Assembly (NCBI GenBank): GCA_964419785.1
Contig: CAYQRM010000190.1
Span: 31,290 to 95,289, forward strand
From: an uncultured Solibacteraceae bacterium
Lineage (GTDB): Bacteria > Acidobacteriota > Vicinamibacteria > Vicinamibacterales > SCN-69-37
DNA length: 64,000 nt
Reading direction: 5' to 3'
Numbering within the stretch: position 1 is the stretch's first letter; every line of letters starts with the position of its first letter. The notes beneath the pieces are model-generated. The model saw only the letters and a program-made list of their open reading frames with translations. It searched no databases and was not told where the DNA came from. Shown piece after piece: positions 56,274 through 64,000 of this stretch. The position numbers and the translations under genes were made by a program.

Positions 56274-58685
56274 CTATTCCGGCCTGAGCACGGCCGACGG
56301 CTTTAGCCGCGACGCGCGGATCGCCGGCACGGTGGTCGCGATCGCCGCCATCGCGATAACAAAGAGTGTGGCGCCGATGAGGACAACGGGATCGGACGCC
56401 TGCACGTTGTAGAGCCGGCTCGAAACCACCTTCCCCGAGAAATACGCCACGGCGATACCGATCACCGAGCCGACAATGGCGAGCGTGCGACCCTGCTTGA
56501 GCACGAGCCAGAATACGTCGCCCGGCGTCGCACCGAGCGCGAGACGCGTGGCCACCTCGTTCCTCCGCTGCGCCGCGCCGTACGCGATGACACCGTATAC
56601 GCCGACGGCGGCCAGCGCGACAGCCGCCGCGCCGAACCACATCATCAACGTCATGCCGAGCGACTGACGGCTGAGCGTGGACTCGACAATGCTCGTGGCT
56701 GAGTCGATGTCGACGGCCATCTGCGGATCGGTCTTGCGCACCTCGTCGCGAATCGACGTCTGGACCGCGCCTGTCTGCTTCAACGCGGTTTGGACCACGA
56801 TTGTCTCCCGCCGCGGCGCGCCCTGCGTCAGCGAGTTGTAGTACGCGGGCTCAGCGGCATCGTTGAGCGATTTGTAACGCATGTCCTCGACGACGCCAAC
56901 GATCGTCAGCTCATTCTTGGGATCGATCACGGGGTACCCCGTCGTGAACCGGCTCGTCAGCGGATCGCGTCCCGAGAGGTACTTGCGGACGAACGATCGG
57001 TTGACGATGGCTACCCCCGGTCCGCCCTGCTTGTCGTCGACGGTGAAATCCCGGCCGGCGAGAAACTTGACGCCCATCGCGCTGAAAAAGCCGGGACTCA
57101 CGAGGCGTTGGCGCGTGTTGTAGGTGTGTGCGTCGTCGTTCGTCTCGCCGCTGATGTGCACCATCAGCGCGTTGTCGGGCGCAGGCTTCAGCGGGAAGTT
57201 GAACGTCGATCCGACCCCCGTCACACCCGCGATCCCGCGGAGCCGATCGAATAGATCGATGAAGCCCGCGAGCACCTTTGGCTGGCCGTTGAAATTCGGA
57301 CCTTGCAGCGTGACGTCGAACACCAGCCGACCCTCGGGGACGAACCCAGGATCGGTACTCCGCAGCCGGCCGAAATCGCGAATCAGCCAGCCGGCGCCGG
57401 CGACGAGGACAATCGCGAGCGCGACTTCCGCGATGGTCATCACGCCGAGCCATCGCGCCGTGCCGCGCCCAGCGGACGTCGAGCGTCCGCTCTCGGTGAT
57501 CAGCGTCTTCACGTCCGTGGCCGCGAGGCGAAGTGCTGGAGCGAATCCGACGACGAGGCCGCTCGCGACAAGAATGACGAGCGCGAAGAGCAGCACACGC
57601 CCGTCGAACGCCACCTGATCGAGCCGCGGCAATTGAGAGGCCCCGACGGCGAGCAGCAGCCGGACGAAGCCGTAGGCCGCAGCGACGCCGACGATCGCGC
57701 CGGCCGTCGAGAGCAGAATCGATTCCGTCAACAGCTGGCGCACGATGCGGCCGCGGCTGGCGCCGAGTGACACACGCACGGCCATCTCACGCGCGCGCGC
57801 GGCGCCCCGCGCGAGAAGGAGGTTCGTGACGTTGACGCACGCGAGCGCGAGGAGCAAGCCCGTCGCCGACAGCACGATGAGCAGAATCGGGGCCAGGTCG
57901 CCGACGATGGAGTCGACGAGCGGCCTCGTGACGTACGCGCGGTTGGTCGCGCTGACGGGAGAATCACGCGCCACGCCGGCCATCACGCTCGTGAGCTCGC
58001 TGCGAATGCGTTCGAGGCTCGTCCCCGGCCTGGCGCGCATGTAGACCTCGAAGGTGTGCGCGACATTCTGAGGATCGAGCGGGATGAAGACCCAGAAATC
58101 CGCGCCGTGGGGCGTGTCGAAATCGCGTGGCGCCACGCCTGCGACGATCGTGTTGATCTCGGCGAAGTGGATCGGCTTGCCGACGACCGCCGGATCGCTG
58201 CCGTACATGTCGCGCCAGATGCGTTGGGAGATCACGACGCCGAGCGGCGGCGCGTTCGGCGGCGGCAGCTGGTTCGACGTGCCGCCGAAGGTCATCGGCA
58301 GTCCGAAGAGGTCGAAGAAGCCGAGCGTGACGGTGTAGGCCCGCGTCTTGAGCGGGGCGCCGTCATTCCTGAGCAGCGTGACGTCGTTCGGCTGCAAGCC
58401 CGCGGCGCGGACGATCGACAGGTTCGGGTCGTTGAGACGCGTCAGCTCGAGCGCCGAGACCAGGCCCGTCGTCACGCGGCCGTCGGTGAGCGTCGTCCGG
58501 ACGGAGTACAGGTCCTTCGGCGATGGGTAGGGCAGCGGCTTCAGGAGCGCCGCGTTGACCGTACTGAAAATGGCCGTCGTCGCGCCGATGCCGATCGCCA
58601 GAGTCGCGATGGCCGCCAGCGGAAACGCAGGCGTCCGGCGGAGGTTGCGAAATGCAAACCGCAGGTCTTGCAGCAAGGTGCCCAT
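56274..58685 (-). CDS. ADOP-family duplicated ABC-type permease
   Basis: 803 aa. The N-terminus is LQDLRFAFRNLRRTPAFPLAAIATLAIGIGATTAIFS. It has two MacB-like modules (REMAVRVSLGAS... and NEVATRLALGAT...). There is no N-terminal extension and no adjacent ATPase gene. Confidence 0.88.
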   Translation of the reverse strand: MGTLLQDLRFAFRNLRRTPAFPLAAIATLAIGIGATTAIFSTVNAALLKPLPYPSPKDLYSVRTTLTDGRVTTGLVSALELTRLNDPNLSIVRAAGLQPNDVTLLRNDGAPLKTRAYTVTLGFFDLFGLPMTFGGTSNQLPPPNAPPLGVVISQRIWRDMYGSDPAVVGKPIHFAEINTIVAGVAPRDFDTPHGADFWVFIPLDPQNVAHTFEVYMRARPGTSLERIRSELTSVMAGVARDSPVSATNRAYVTRPLVDSIVGDLAPILLIVLSATGLLLALACVNVTNLLLARGAARAREMAVRVSLGASRGRIVRQLLTESILLSTAGAIVGVAAAYGFVRLLLAVGASQLPRLDQVAFDGRVLLFALVILVASGLVVGFAPALRLAATDVKTLITESGRSTSAGRGTARWLGVMTIAEVALAIVLVAGAGWLIRDFGRLRSTDPGFVPEGRLVFDVTLQGPNFNGQPKVLAGFIDLFDRLRGIAGVTGVGSTFNFPLKPAPDNALMVHISGETNDDAHTYNTRQRLVSPGFFSAMGVKFLAGRDFTVDDKQGGPGVAIVNRSFVRKYLSGRDPLTSRFTTGYPVIDPKNELTIVGVVEDMRYKSLNDAAEPAYYNSLTQGAPRRETIVVQTALKQTGAVQTSIRDEVRKTDPQMAVDIDSATSIVESTLSRQSLGMTLMMWFGAAAVALAAVGVYGVIAYGAAQRRNEVATRLALGATPGDVFWLVLKQGRTLAIVGSVIGIAVAYFSGKVVSSRLYNVQASDPVVLIGATLFVIAMAAIATTVPAIRASRLKPSAVLRPE

Positions 58686-58745
58686 GGGAACCGCCCCCCA
58701 GTTAGACGCCGTTTTGGGGAATTTGGATCGCTGGCCGAGTTGCGT

Positions 58746-59390
58746 TCATTTCCCCTGCGACCGCGGCCGTGGGGAACCTGCTGTCGGCTTCCGCAGATAG
58801 CGGCACAACAGCGTGACGAGCTCGTCTGCGATCAGGCCGGTCCGCAAGTCGTCCGGACGCTCGATGGCGGCGCGATGCAGGACGGCGCCCGACGCTGTCG
58901 CGATCATCCACAGGGTGAGATCCAGATCTCGGGCGTCGACGTTCGCCTCCTGAAGAAAGCGGCGCATCGCATCGAAGATCGGCGCGTCAATCGCGGCGAC
59001 GTCTCGATATCCCAATGCCGGCATCTCTTCGGTGAAGACGCGATGGAGTCCAGGCTCGTGCGCGTGTCCGGCGACGCCTATCGACACGAGCCTGCGGATC
59101 GTCGACTCGAGCTCTCCCGCCCTCGGCTCGGCGAGGACCTCACGCAGTGCCGCTCGCTGCTCGGCGCCGTGCCGTCGGCGCAGCTCCGCGACGATCGCTT
59201 CCTTGCCGGGGAAGTATTGGTAGAGCGACGCGATGTTGACGCCGGCGCGGTCGGCGATCCGGTTCGTCGTGAGTTTCGCGTACCCCTGGCGAATCAGAAT
59301 GTCAGTCGTCGCCTCGAGCAGCGCCTCGACGGTGGCGCGCGATCGCTCCTGCCGCGGCGATTTTCTTGGGGAAAGTCTGCGTTTGCGCAT
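58746..59390 (-). CDS. TetR/AcrR-family transcriptional regulator
   Basis: Track ORF 58746..59435; the start is ATG 59390 (MRKRRLSPRKSPRQERSRATVEALLEATTDILIRQGYAKLTTNRIADRAGVNIASLYQYFPGKEAIV, a TetR N-terminal HTH). It lies 60 bp upstream of the ADOP permease 56274..58685 on the same strand. Confidence 0.88.
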   Translation of the reverse strand: MRKRRLSPRKSPRQERSRATVEALLEATTDILIRQGYAKLTTNRIADRAGVNIASLYQYFPGKEAIVAELRRRHGAEQRAALREVLAEPRAGELESTIRRLVSIGVAGHAHEPGLHRVFTEEMPALGYRDVAAIDAPIFDAMRRFLQEANVDARDLDLTLWMIATASGAVLHRAAIERPDDLRTGLIADELVTLLCRYLRKPTAGSPRPRSQGK

Positions 59391-59446
59391 CAGCGGTCCG
59401 GTCGCCGGAAATGCAAGCTGACACAATATAAGCAATTGCTTACATT

Positions 59447-60454
59447 ATGTCCATGGCGACTGCCCCTCTCCCCAATCACCGCTCCGTGGCTCGGGCCACC
59501 CGCGCCGGCGGGCCAGACGTGCTCACCGTCGCGGTCGAGGATCTTCGGCCGCTGAAGAGTGGCGAAGCGCTCGTTCGCGTCGAAGCCGCGGGCCTCAATC
59601 ATGTCGACAGCCTCGTCCGATCGGGGACCTATTCGATTCGCTTTGAATTTCCGTTCGACGTCGGTGTCGAAGGCGCCGGCACGGTCGTCGCCACGGGCCC
59701 CGACGTGCCAATGCGTCCTGGCACGCGAGTATGTTGGACGGCCGTCGTTGGATCGTGCGCGACCCACGTCATCGCGCCCGTAAAGATGCTGGCCGAATTG
59801 CCGGACCCACTCAGTGTCGAGGCAGGCGCCTCACTTGCCCATGCGGCGATCACGGCCGCGGGCCTGATTCGCCACTGTCCGATCGCCGAAGGGCAACGCG
59901 CCGTCGTCTGGGGCGCCGCCGGCGCGGTGGGACGCCTGCTCGTGGCGCTTCTTGCCGCGCGTGGTGTCGATGTGATCGGCATCGCGAGCGGCGCGCGCAC
60001 GAACGCCGCGCGCGAAGCCGGCGCCGCTCACGTCATCGATCGGGTGAGCGACGACATCGTCGAAAACGTCTGTCGGCATACTGGCGGCCGCGGCGCGGCA
60101 GCCCTGTTCGATCCGGTCGGCGCCGCGACGTACCAGACGAATCTGCGACTCCTCGCACCGCGCGGCTATCTCGTCAACTACGGACAGCTTTCGGGCGCGC
60201 TGCCGGACGTCGACCTGGGCCAGTTGATGGACGCGGGATCGATCTTCGTGACCAAGTACGGTCCCCGGGCAGGCGTCGTTCGAATCGAGGATCTCGCGCC
60301 CTGCATCACGGAGGCGCTCGCACTCGCAACCATGCGGCCGCTCGCGAGCGACGTCGCCGCTCGGTTTCCGCTCAATCGCGTCGCGGACGCTTATCGCGCG
60401 CTCGATTCGGGTGCGCCTGGCAAGGTGCTGGTCGTACCGGAGCGAACTATTTAG
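59447..60454 (+). CDS. NADPH:quinone oxidoreductase / zinc-type alcohol dehydrogenase superfamily protein
   Basis: It has MDR-family features: GEALVRVEAAGLNHVD and the nucleotide-binding VVWGAAGAVGRLLVALLAARG. It is 335 aa. Confidence 0.85.
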   Translation: MSMATAPLPNHRSVARATRAGGPDVLTVAVEDLRPLKSGEALVRVEAAGLNHVDSLVRSGTYSIRFEFPFDVGVEGAGTVVATGPDVPMRPGTRVCWTAVVGSCATHVIAPVKMLAELPDPLSVEAGASLAHAAITAAGLIRHCPIAEGQRAVVWGAAGAVGRLLVALLAARGVDVIGIASGARTNAAREAGAAHVIDRVSDDIVENVCRHTGGRGAAALFDPVGAATYQTNLRLLAPRGYLVNYGQLSGALPDVDLGQLMDAGSIFVTKYGPRAGVVRIEDLAPCITEALALATMRPLASDVAARFPLNRVADAYRALDSGAPGKVLVVPERTI

Positions 60455-60941
60455 CGGCTCTCATCGGCTGCCACAACTGAAGAGGGTTCCCTTCAGGATC
60501 GTGGAGGCTCGCGAAGCGGCCGTTCGGGTAAGTGGTTGGGTCCACCTTGACCTCGATGCCTGCCGCCTCGAGCTGCCGGACCATCTTGTCCAGATCGCTC
60601 ACGCGGAAGTTGAGCATCCACTGCTTCGTCAAGTCGCCGAAGTACGTCGTCTTCTCGGGAAACGGTTGGAACGCCGTCGGTCCGGCTTGCTGATTCCACG
60701 CCTGGTCGCCCGCACTCTGCGGCACGATGGAGATGCCGAGGTGGTCCTGATACCACAGCGTCAGTGCCTTGGGATCGTGCGCGCGAAAGAAGAAGCCGCC
60801 GATCCCCGTCACCCGCTCCTGCGGCAGATTGTTCGGCACGGGCGCCTGCTCCGCCGCTGCCATAATCGCCCCGGGCAGCAGTGCGGATCCCGCAGCGGCG
60901 GTGAGGACTCCGAGTACTTCGCGGCGTGGCATCTTCATCAC
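60447..60941 (-). CDS. VOC-family (glyoxalase/bleomycin-resistance fold) protein with Tat-like signal
   Basis: The N-terminus is MKMPRREVLGVLTAAAGSALLPGAIMAAA. The VOC halves are GIGGFFFRAHDPKALTLWYQDHLG and FRVSDLDKMVRQLEAAGIEV...ASLHDPEGNPLQLWQP. Confidence 0.8.
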   Translation of the reverse strand: MMKMPRREVLGVLTAAAGSALLPGAIMAAAEQAPVPNNLPQERVTGIGGFFFRAHDPKALTLWYQDHLGISIVPQSAGDQAWNQQAGPTAFQPFPEKTTYFGDLTKQWMLNFRVSDLDKMVRQLEAAGIEVKVDPTTYPNGRFASLHDPEGNPLQLWQPMRAAK

Positions 60942-61051
60942 GTTCTCCAGGTGGCTACATCATACGGGGCTGCAGGGTCGTGCACGATTCCGAACAGCGG
61001 CGGGCCGTCCAGGTGTATGCTGCGGCCCTGATCGATTTCGGACGGACGAGG

Positions 61052-61750
61052 ATGACGAATAGACCGCTGCTCTCGATTCTTGCGCTGGCCGCTACCGCGG
61101 CGCTGTCCGGCTGTCAAGGCGGCCAGACCAACACCAACCCGCAGCCGGCGGCGACGACCCCGCAGGCCCAGGCACCGGCCATCGTTCAACCAGGCGCGCC
61201 GGGCCAGGCCTCGAGCGTCGTCTCGAGCGTTCCGGAGTTTCACGACAACAACTACACGGACGCCGACGTGAAGTTCATGCAGGGCATGATTCATCATCAC
61301 AATCAGGCCCTGCTGATGGCGGCGATGATTCCGAGCCACACGGAAACGCCGGAGCTCATTGCGATGGGCAAGAAGATCACGATCTCGCAGACCGGCGAGA
61401 TTCAGGCGATGAAGGAGTGGCTCACCGCCCGGCACCAGGACGTCCCGATGATCATGCCCGATGGCGCGGCGATGATGGGCAAGATGGACATGGGCGCGAT
61501 GCCCGGCATGCTCACACCCGAGCAAATGAAGGCGCTCGACGCCGCGCGCGGCGCCAAGTTCGATGAGCTCTTTCTCACCGGCATGATTCAGCACCATAAA
61601 GGTGCGCTCACCATGGTCGCTGATCTGCGCGCCGCGGGCGGAGCGCACGAGACGAATATTGGTGACTTCTGCAATCAGGTTGACAACGATCAGCGGGCGG
61701 AAATCGTTCGCATGTACGGACTCTTGGGGAGGCCAGTAGAAAAGTCATGA
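61052..61750 (+). CDS. DUF305-family lipoprotein (four-helix-bundle, His-rich; often metal/copper-associated)
   Basis: Track ORF 60926..61750. ATG 61052 gives MTNRPLLSILALAATAALSGCQG (lipobox). The duplicated DUF305 motifs are FMQGMIHHHNQALLMA and FLTGMIQHHKGALTMV. Confidence 0.85.
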   Translation: MTNRPLLSILALAATAALSGCQGGQTNTNPQPAATTPQAQAPAIVQPGAPGQASSVVSSVPEFHDNNYTDADVKFMQGMIHHHNQALLMAAMIPSHTETPELIAMGKKITISQTGEIQAMKEWLTARHQDVPMIMPDGAAMMGKMDMGAMPGMLTPEQMKALDAARGAKFDELFLTGMIQHHKGALTMVADLRAAGGAHETNIGDFCNQVDNDQRAEIVRMYGLLGRPVEKS

Positions 61751-63804
61751 ACTTGCGCCATTACCGTCGGGTTATTCAAGTAGTTGTCACTGCGGCGGCG
61801 AGTGTGGCCGTTGCCACCGTGTTCGCGCAGAATCCGGCGACACCTCAGACAGCTGGCGCGCCGGCGCAGCAGCCGGGGCGCGGACAAATTCCAATTCCGC
61901 AGCCGTGCACGCCCGAGCAGATTGCTGCGGCTCAAGCAGCAGCCGCCGGACAGACGCCCGATGCGCAGGCCGCTGGCCGTGGGCGCGGCGGGCGCGGAGG
62001 CGGCGTGCCGTGCCACATGCCGGACAAGCGTGAGGGCCTCACGCCAGGCAGGTACGACGCCGGCCAGGCCGCGATGAACTTGAAGCTCGTGTCGAGCATG
62101 AAACAGCCCGATGGAATGTTCGATCCGAATGCGACCGGGCGCAGCCTCGACTACGCCAACTCTGACCTGGCGTTTGGTTTGAACGGCAACCTGGTGCTCC
62201 AAGGGAATTTCCACGGACTGATTTTTTATAACGTCGAGGATCCGGCGCGAGTCAAGCTGGAAACGATCGTGCCGTGCCCGGGTGGGCAGGGCGACGTCTC
62301 GATCTGGGGGCACCTCGCCTTCATGTCGGTCGAAAGCTACGGCCGGATCGATTGCGGATCGGGACGGCCTGCGCCACCGACGCCTCCAGCCGCGGGCGCG
62401 GCGAACGCCGCTCCGGGTGGACGCGGCGGCGGACGCGGCACGGCTCCGCCCGATCCCGATCGCATGTTCGGCGTGCGCATCTTCGACATCACCGATCCAA
62501 TGAAGCCGCGTCAGGTGGCCGCCGTGCAGACCTGCCGCGGTTCGCACACGCACTCGCTCGTCACCGATCCGAACGACAAGGACAACATCTACATCTACGT
62601 CTCCGGTACCGCCGGGATTCGCTCAGCCGATGAGAAAGCCGGCTGCGTCGCCGATCCGAACGCGCCCAACACCTCGAGCTTTGGCATCGACGTGATCAAG
62701 GTGCCGCTGGCGCACCCCGAACAGTCAGCGGTGGTCAATCACGCATACATCTTCGCGGATGCCAACACCGGCCAAATCGCGAGTCTCCATGGCCGCCGGC
62801 AGGGCACGGGCGAACCGAGCCCGAATCCGACCGCGGGCTGCCACGACGTGACCAGCTATCCGTTTGCGAAGCTGCTCGGCGGCGCGTGTTCCGGCAACGG
62901 CCTGTTGCTCGACATCAAGGACGTGACGCATCCGAAGCGGTTGGATGACGTGGCCGACGCCGCGTTTGCCTTCTGGCACTCCGCGACGTTCAACAATGAC
63001 GCGACGAAGCTGCTGTTCTCCGACGAGTGGGGCGGCGGCACGCAGCCGATGTGCCAGTCGACCGATCCCCCGATGTGGGGCGGCGACGCGGTGTACGACA
63101 TTCAAGGCACGGGCGACGGCCGCCATCTGCATTTCGGTGGGTACTACAAGATGCCGGCATGGCAGACCGCGACGGAAAATTGCGTGGCGCACAACGGCGG
63201 CCTCGTCCCGGTGCCGGGACGCGACATCATGTCGCAGGCCTTCTATCAAGGCGGCGCGACCGTGTTCGATTTCACCGACCCGGCCAACATCAAGGAGATC
63301 GCGTACTTCGACCGCGGGCCGATCGACGCGAATCAACTGATCATCGGCGGCTACTGGTCGGTTTACTACTACAACGGCTATCTCTACGGCTCGGAGATCG
63401 CGCGCGGCCTCGACATCTTCGAGCTGACGCCGAGCGAGTACCTCTCGCAGAACGAAATCGACGCGGCCAAGCTCGCGACGCGCGAGGGTTGTGGCGCGCC
63501 GGGCGATCTGAACCTGCAGTGCCAGCCGCACTACGTCTGGCCAGCGAGCTTCGTCGTCGCCCGCGCGTATCTCGATCAGCTCACGCGCGACAAGACGCTC
63601 ACGCAGGACCGCGCGGATGCGCTCAGCGCGGCGATGAAGCAGGTCGAAGACTCGAACGGTTCGGCTCGAAGCGCGGCGAAGACCAAGCTCGAGAGTCTCG
63701 CCGCCGAGCTCGCGAAAGACGCCACGACCGCGCCGGCGATCGACGCCGCGCGCATTCGCGCCTGCGTGGCGACGATTCAGAAGCGCAGTGCGGAGCTGAA
63801 GTAG
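61747..63804 (+). CDS. LVIVD-repeat beta-propeller protein, secreted, with C-terminal helical domain
   Basis: Its start overlaps the DUF305 stop (ATGA at 61747-61750), and it has a signal peptide. The LVIVD-type motif (hydrophobic-x-hydrophobic-D-hydrophobic-x-D/H-P) occurs five times: LIFYNVEDPARV, VRIFDITDPMKP, LLLDIKDVTHPK, TVFDFTDPANIK and LDIFELTPSE. Confidence 0.72.
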   Translation: MNLRHYRRVIQVVVTAAASVAVATVFAQNPATPQTAGAPAQQPGRGQIPIPQPCTPEQIAAAQAAAAGQTPDAQAAGRGRGGRGGGVPCHMPDKREGLTPGRYDAGQAAMNLKLVSSMKQPDGMFDPNATGRSLDYANSDLAFGLNGNLVLQGNFHGLIFYNVEDPARVKLETIVPCPGGQGDVSIWGHLAFMSVESYGRIDCGSGRPAPPTPPAAGAANAAPGGRGGGRGTAPPDPDRMFGVRIFDITDPMKPRQVAAVQTCRGSHTHSLVTDPNDKDNIYIYVSGTAGIRSADEKAGCVADPNAPNTSSFGIDVIKVPLAHPEQSAVVNHAYIFADANTGQIASLHGRRQGTGEPSPNPTAGCHDVTSYPFAKLLGGACSGNGLLLDIKDVTHPKRLDDVADAAFAFWHSATFNNDATKLLFSDEWGGGTQPMCQSTDPPMWGGDAVYDIQGTGDGRHLHFGGYYKMPAWQTATENCVAHNGGLVPVPGRDIMSQAFYQGGATVFDFTDPANIKEIAYFDRGPIDANQLIIGGYWSVYYYNGYLYGSEIARGLDIFELTPSEYLSQNEIDAAKLATREGCGAPGDLNLQCQPHYVWPASFVVARAYLDQLTRDKTLTQDRADALSAAMKQVEDSNGSARSAAKTKLESLAAELAKDATTAPAIDAARIRACVATIQKRSAELK

Positions 63805-63816
63805 CGCGTCTCAGCC

Positions 63817-64000
63817 TCACTTGATCCTGGCGATCGCGTCGGCGAATAGGCTTCGCACGTCGCTCAACGTCGTGCGCGGGTCGTTGTTGTAGTCCATCAT
63901 TCGGTGCTGGTAGTCGCGATCCTTGCTGCGGGTGTCGACGATCTGCCGAACGAGCTGGCCGGCCGGGCGACGGTGATTGAACCCGCCGGTGACCTCGATC
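63817..64000 (-). CDS. 3-prime end of an unidentified gene (partial, continues beyond the window)
   Basis: My own translation of the minus strand gives ...IEVTGGFNHRRPAGQLVRQIVDTRSKDRDYQHRMMDYNNDPRTTLSDVRSLFADAIARIK, ending at TGA (complement of 63817-63819). Third-position GC is high. This ORF is not in the supplied track, probably because it has no start within the window. Confidence 0.5.
   Translation of the reverse strand, partial: IEVTGGFNHRRPAGQLVRQIVDTRSKDRDYQHRMMDYNNDPRTTLSDVRSLFADAIARIK

Noticed and set aside
52586-59555. Plus-strand ORFs 52586..53749 and 58056..59555, and minus-strand ORF 53301..54383 in an alternative frame.
   Set aside because: They are antisense or out of frame to the ADOP permease and TetR genes, with shadow-ORF composition.

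Overview
This is a visibly GC-rich, gene-dense chromosomal segment with about 50 protein-coding genes on both strands. I ran no homology search, so every call rests on motif and architecture recognition plus the supplied ORF track. I saw no rRNA, tRNA, CRISPR array, transposase, integrase or phage genes. The gene content points to Acidobacteriota. It includes four ADOP-type duplicated MacB-like orphan permeases (two with translationally coupled PadR regulators), three membrane Ser/Thr kinases and two ECF sigma factors. In order, the window holds: an MFP-RND-RND-TolC efflux operon (155-8916) and a Usp protein; a TPR/DUF2914-like membrane protein; a zinc-ribbon Ser/Thr kinase with a polytopic C-terminus; GH16; small membrane proteins; DinB; a large polytopic membrane protein; two tandem CsgG-like proteins; and a lipoprotein. 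Next come an esterase, ATP-grasp and YbdK-type carboxylate-amine ligase cluster, a translationally coupled ECF sigma and Ser/Thr kinase pair, and an SGNH hydrolase. These are followed by an M29 aminopeptidase, an ATP-grasp-like ligase and a DUF155-like set, then gltX, an AlkA-like glycosylase, a second zinc-ribbon kinase, and a histidine kinase that lacks the phospho-acceptor His. The remainder holds a c-type cytochrome, the ADOP permeases, a two-subunit GMC dehydrogenase, and an ECF sigma/membrane protein/DsbD-like/ABC operon. It ends with an MBL hydrolase, TetR, a quinone oxidoreductase, VOC, and a DUF305 plus LVIVD beta-propeller pair. The candidates I rate most worth follow-up are: (1) two separate amidoligase clusters at 19.6-30.5 kb, each with a copy of the same GC-rich repeat directly upstream of its ATP-grasp-type gene; (2) the His-less sensor kinase directly downstream of a Ser/Thr kinase; (3) the zinc-ribbon kinase/polytopic-domain paralog pair; and (4) a 305-bp foldback MITE-like element with TA flanks between convergent genes, related by its termini to other short periodic intergenic repeats. 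Many long ORFs in the track are antisense shadow ORFs typical of high-GC DNA, and I rejected them.
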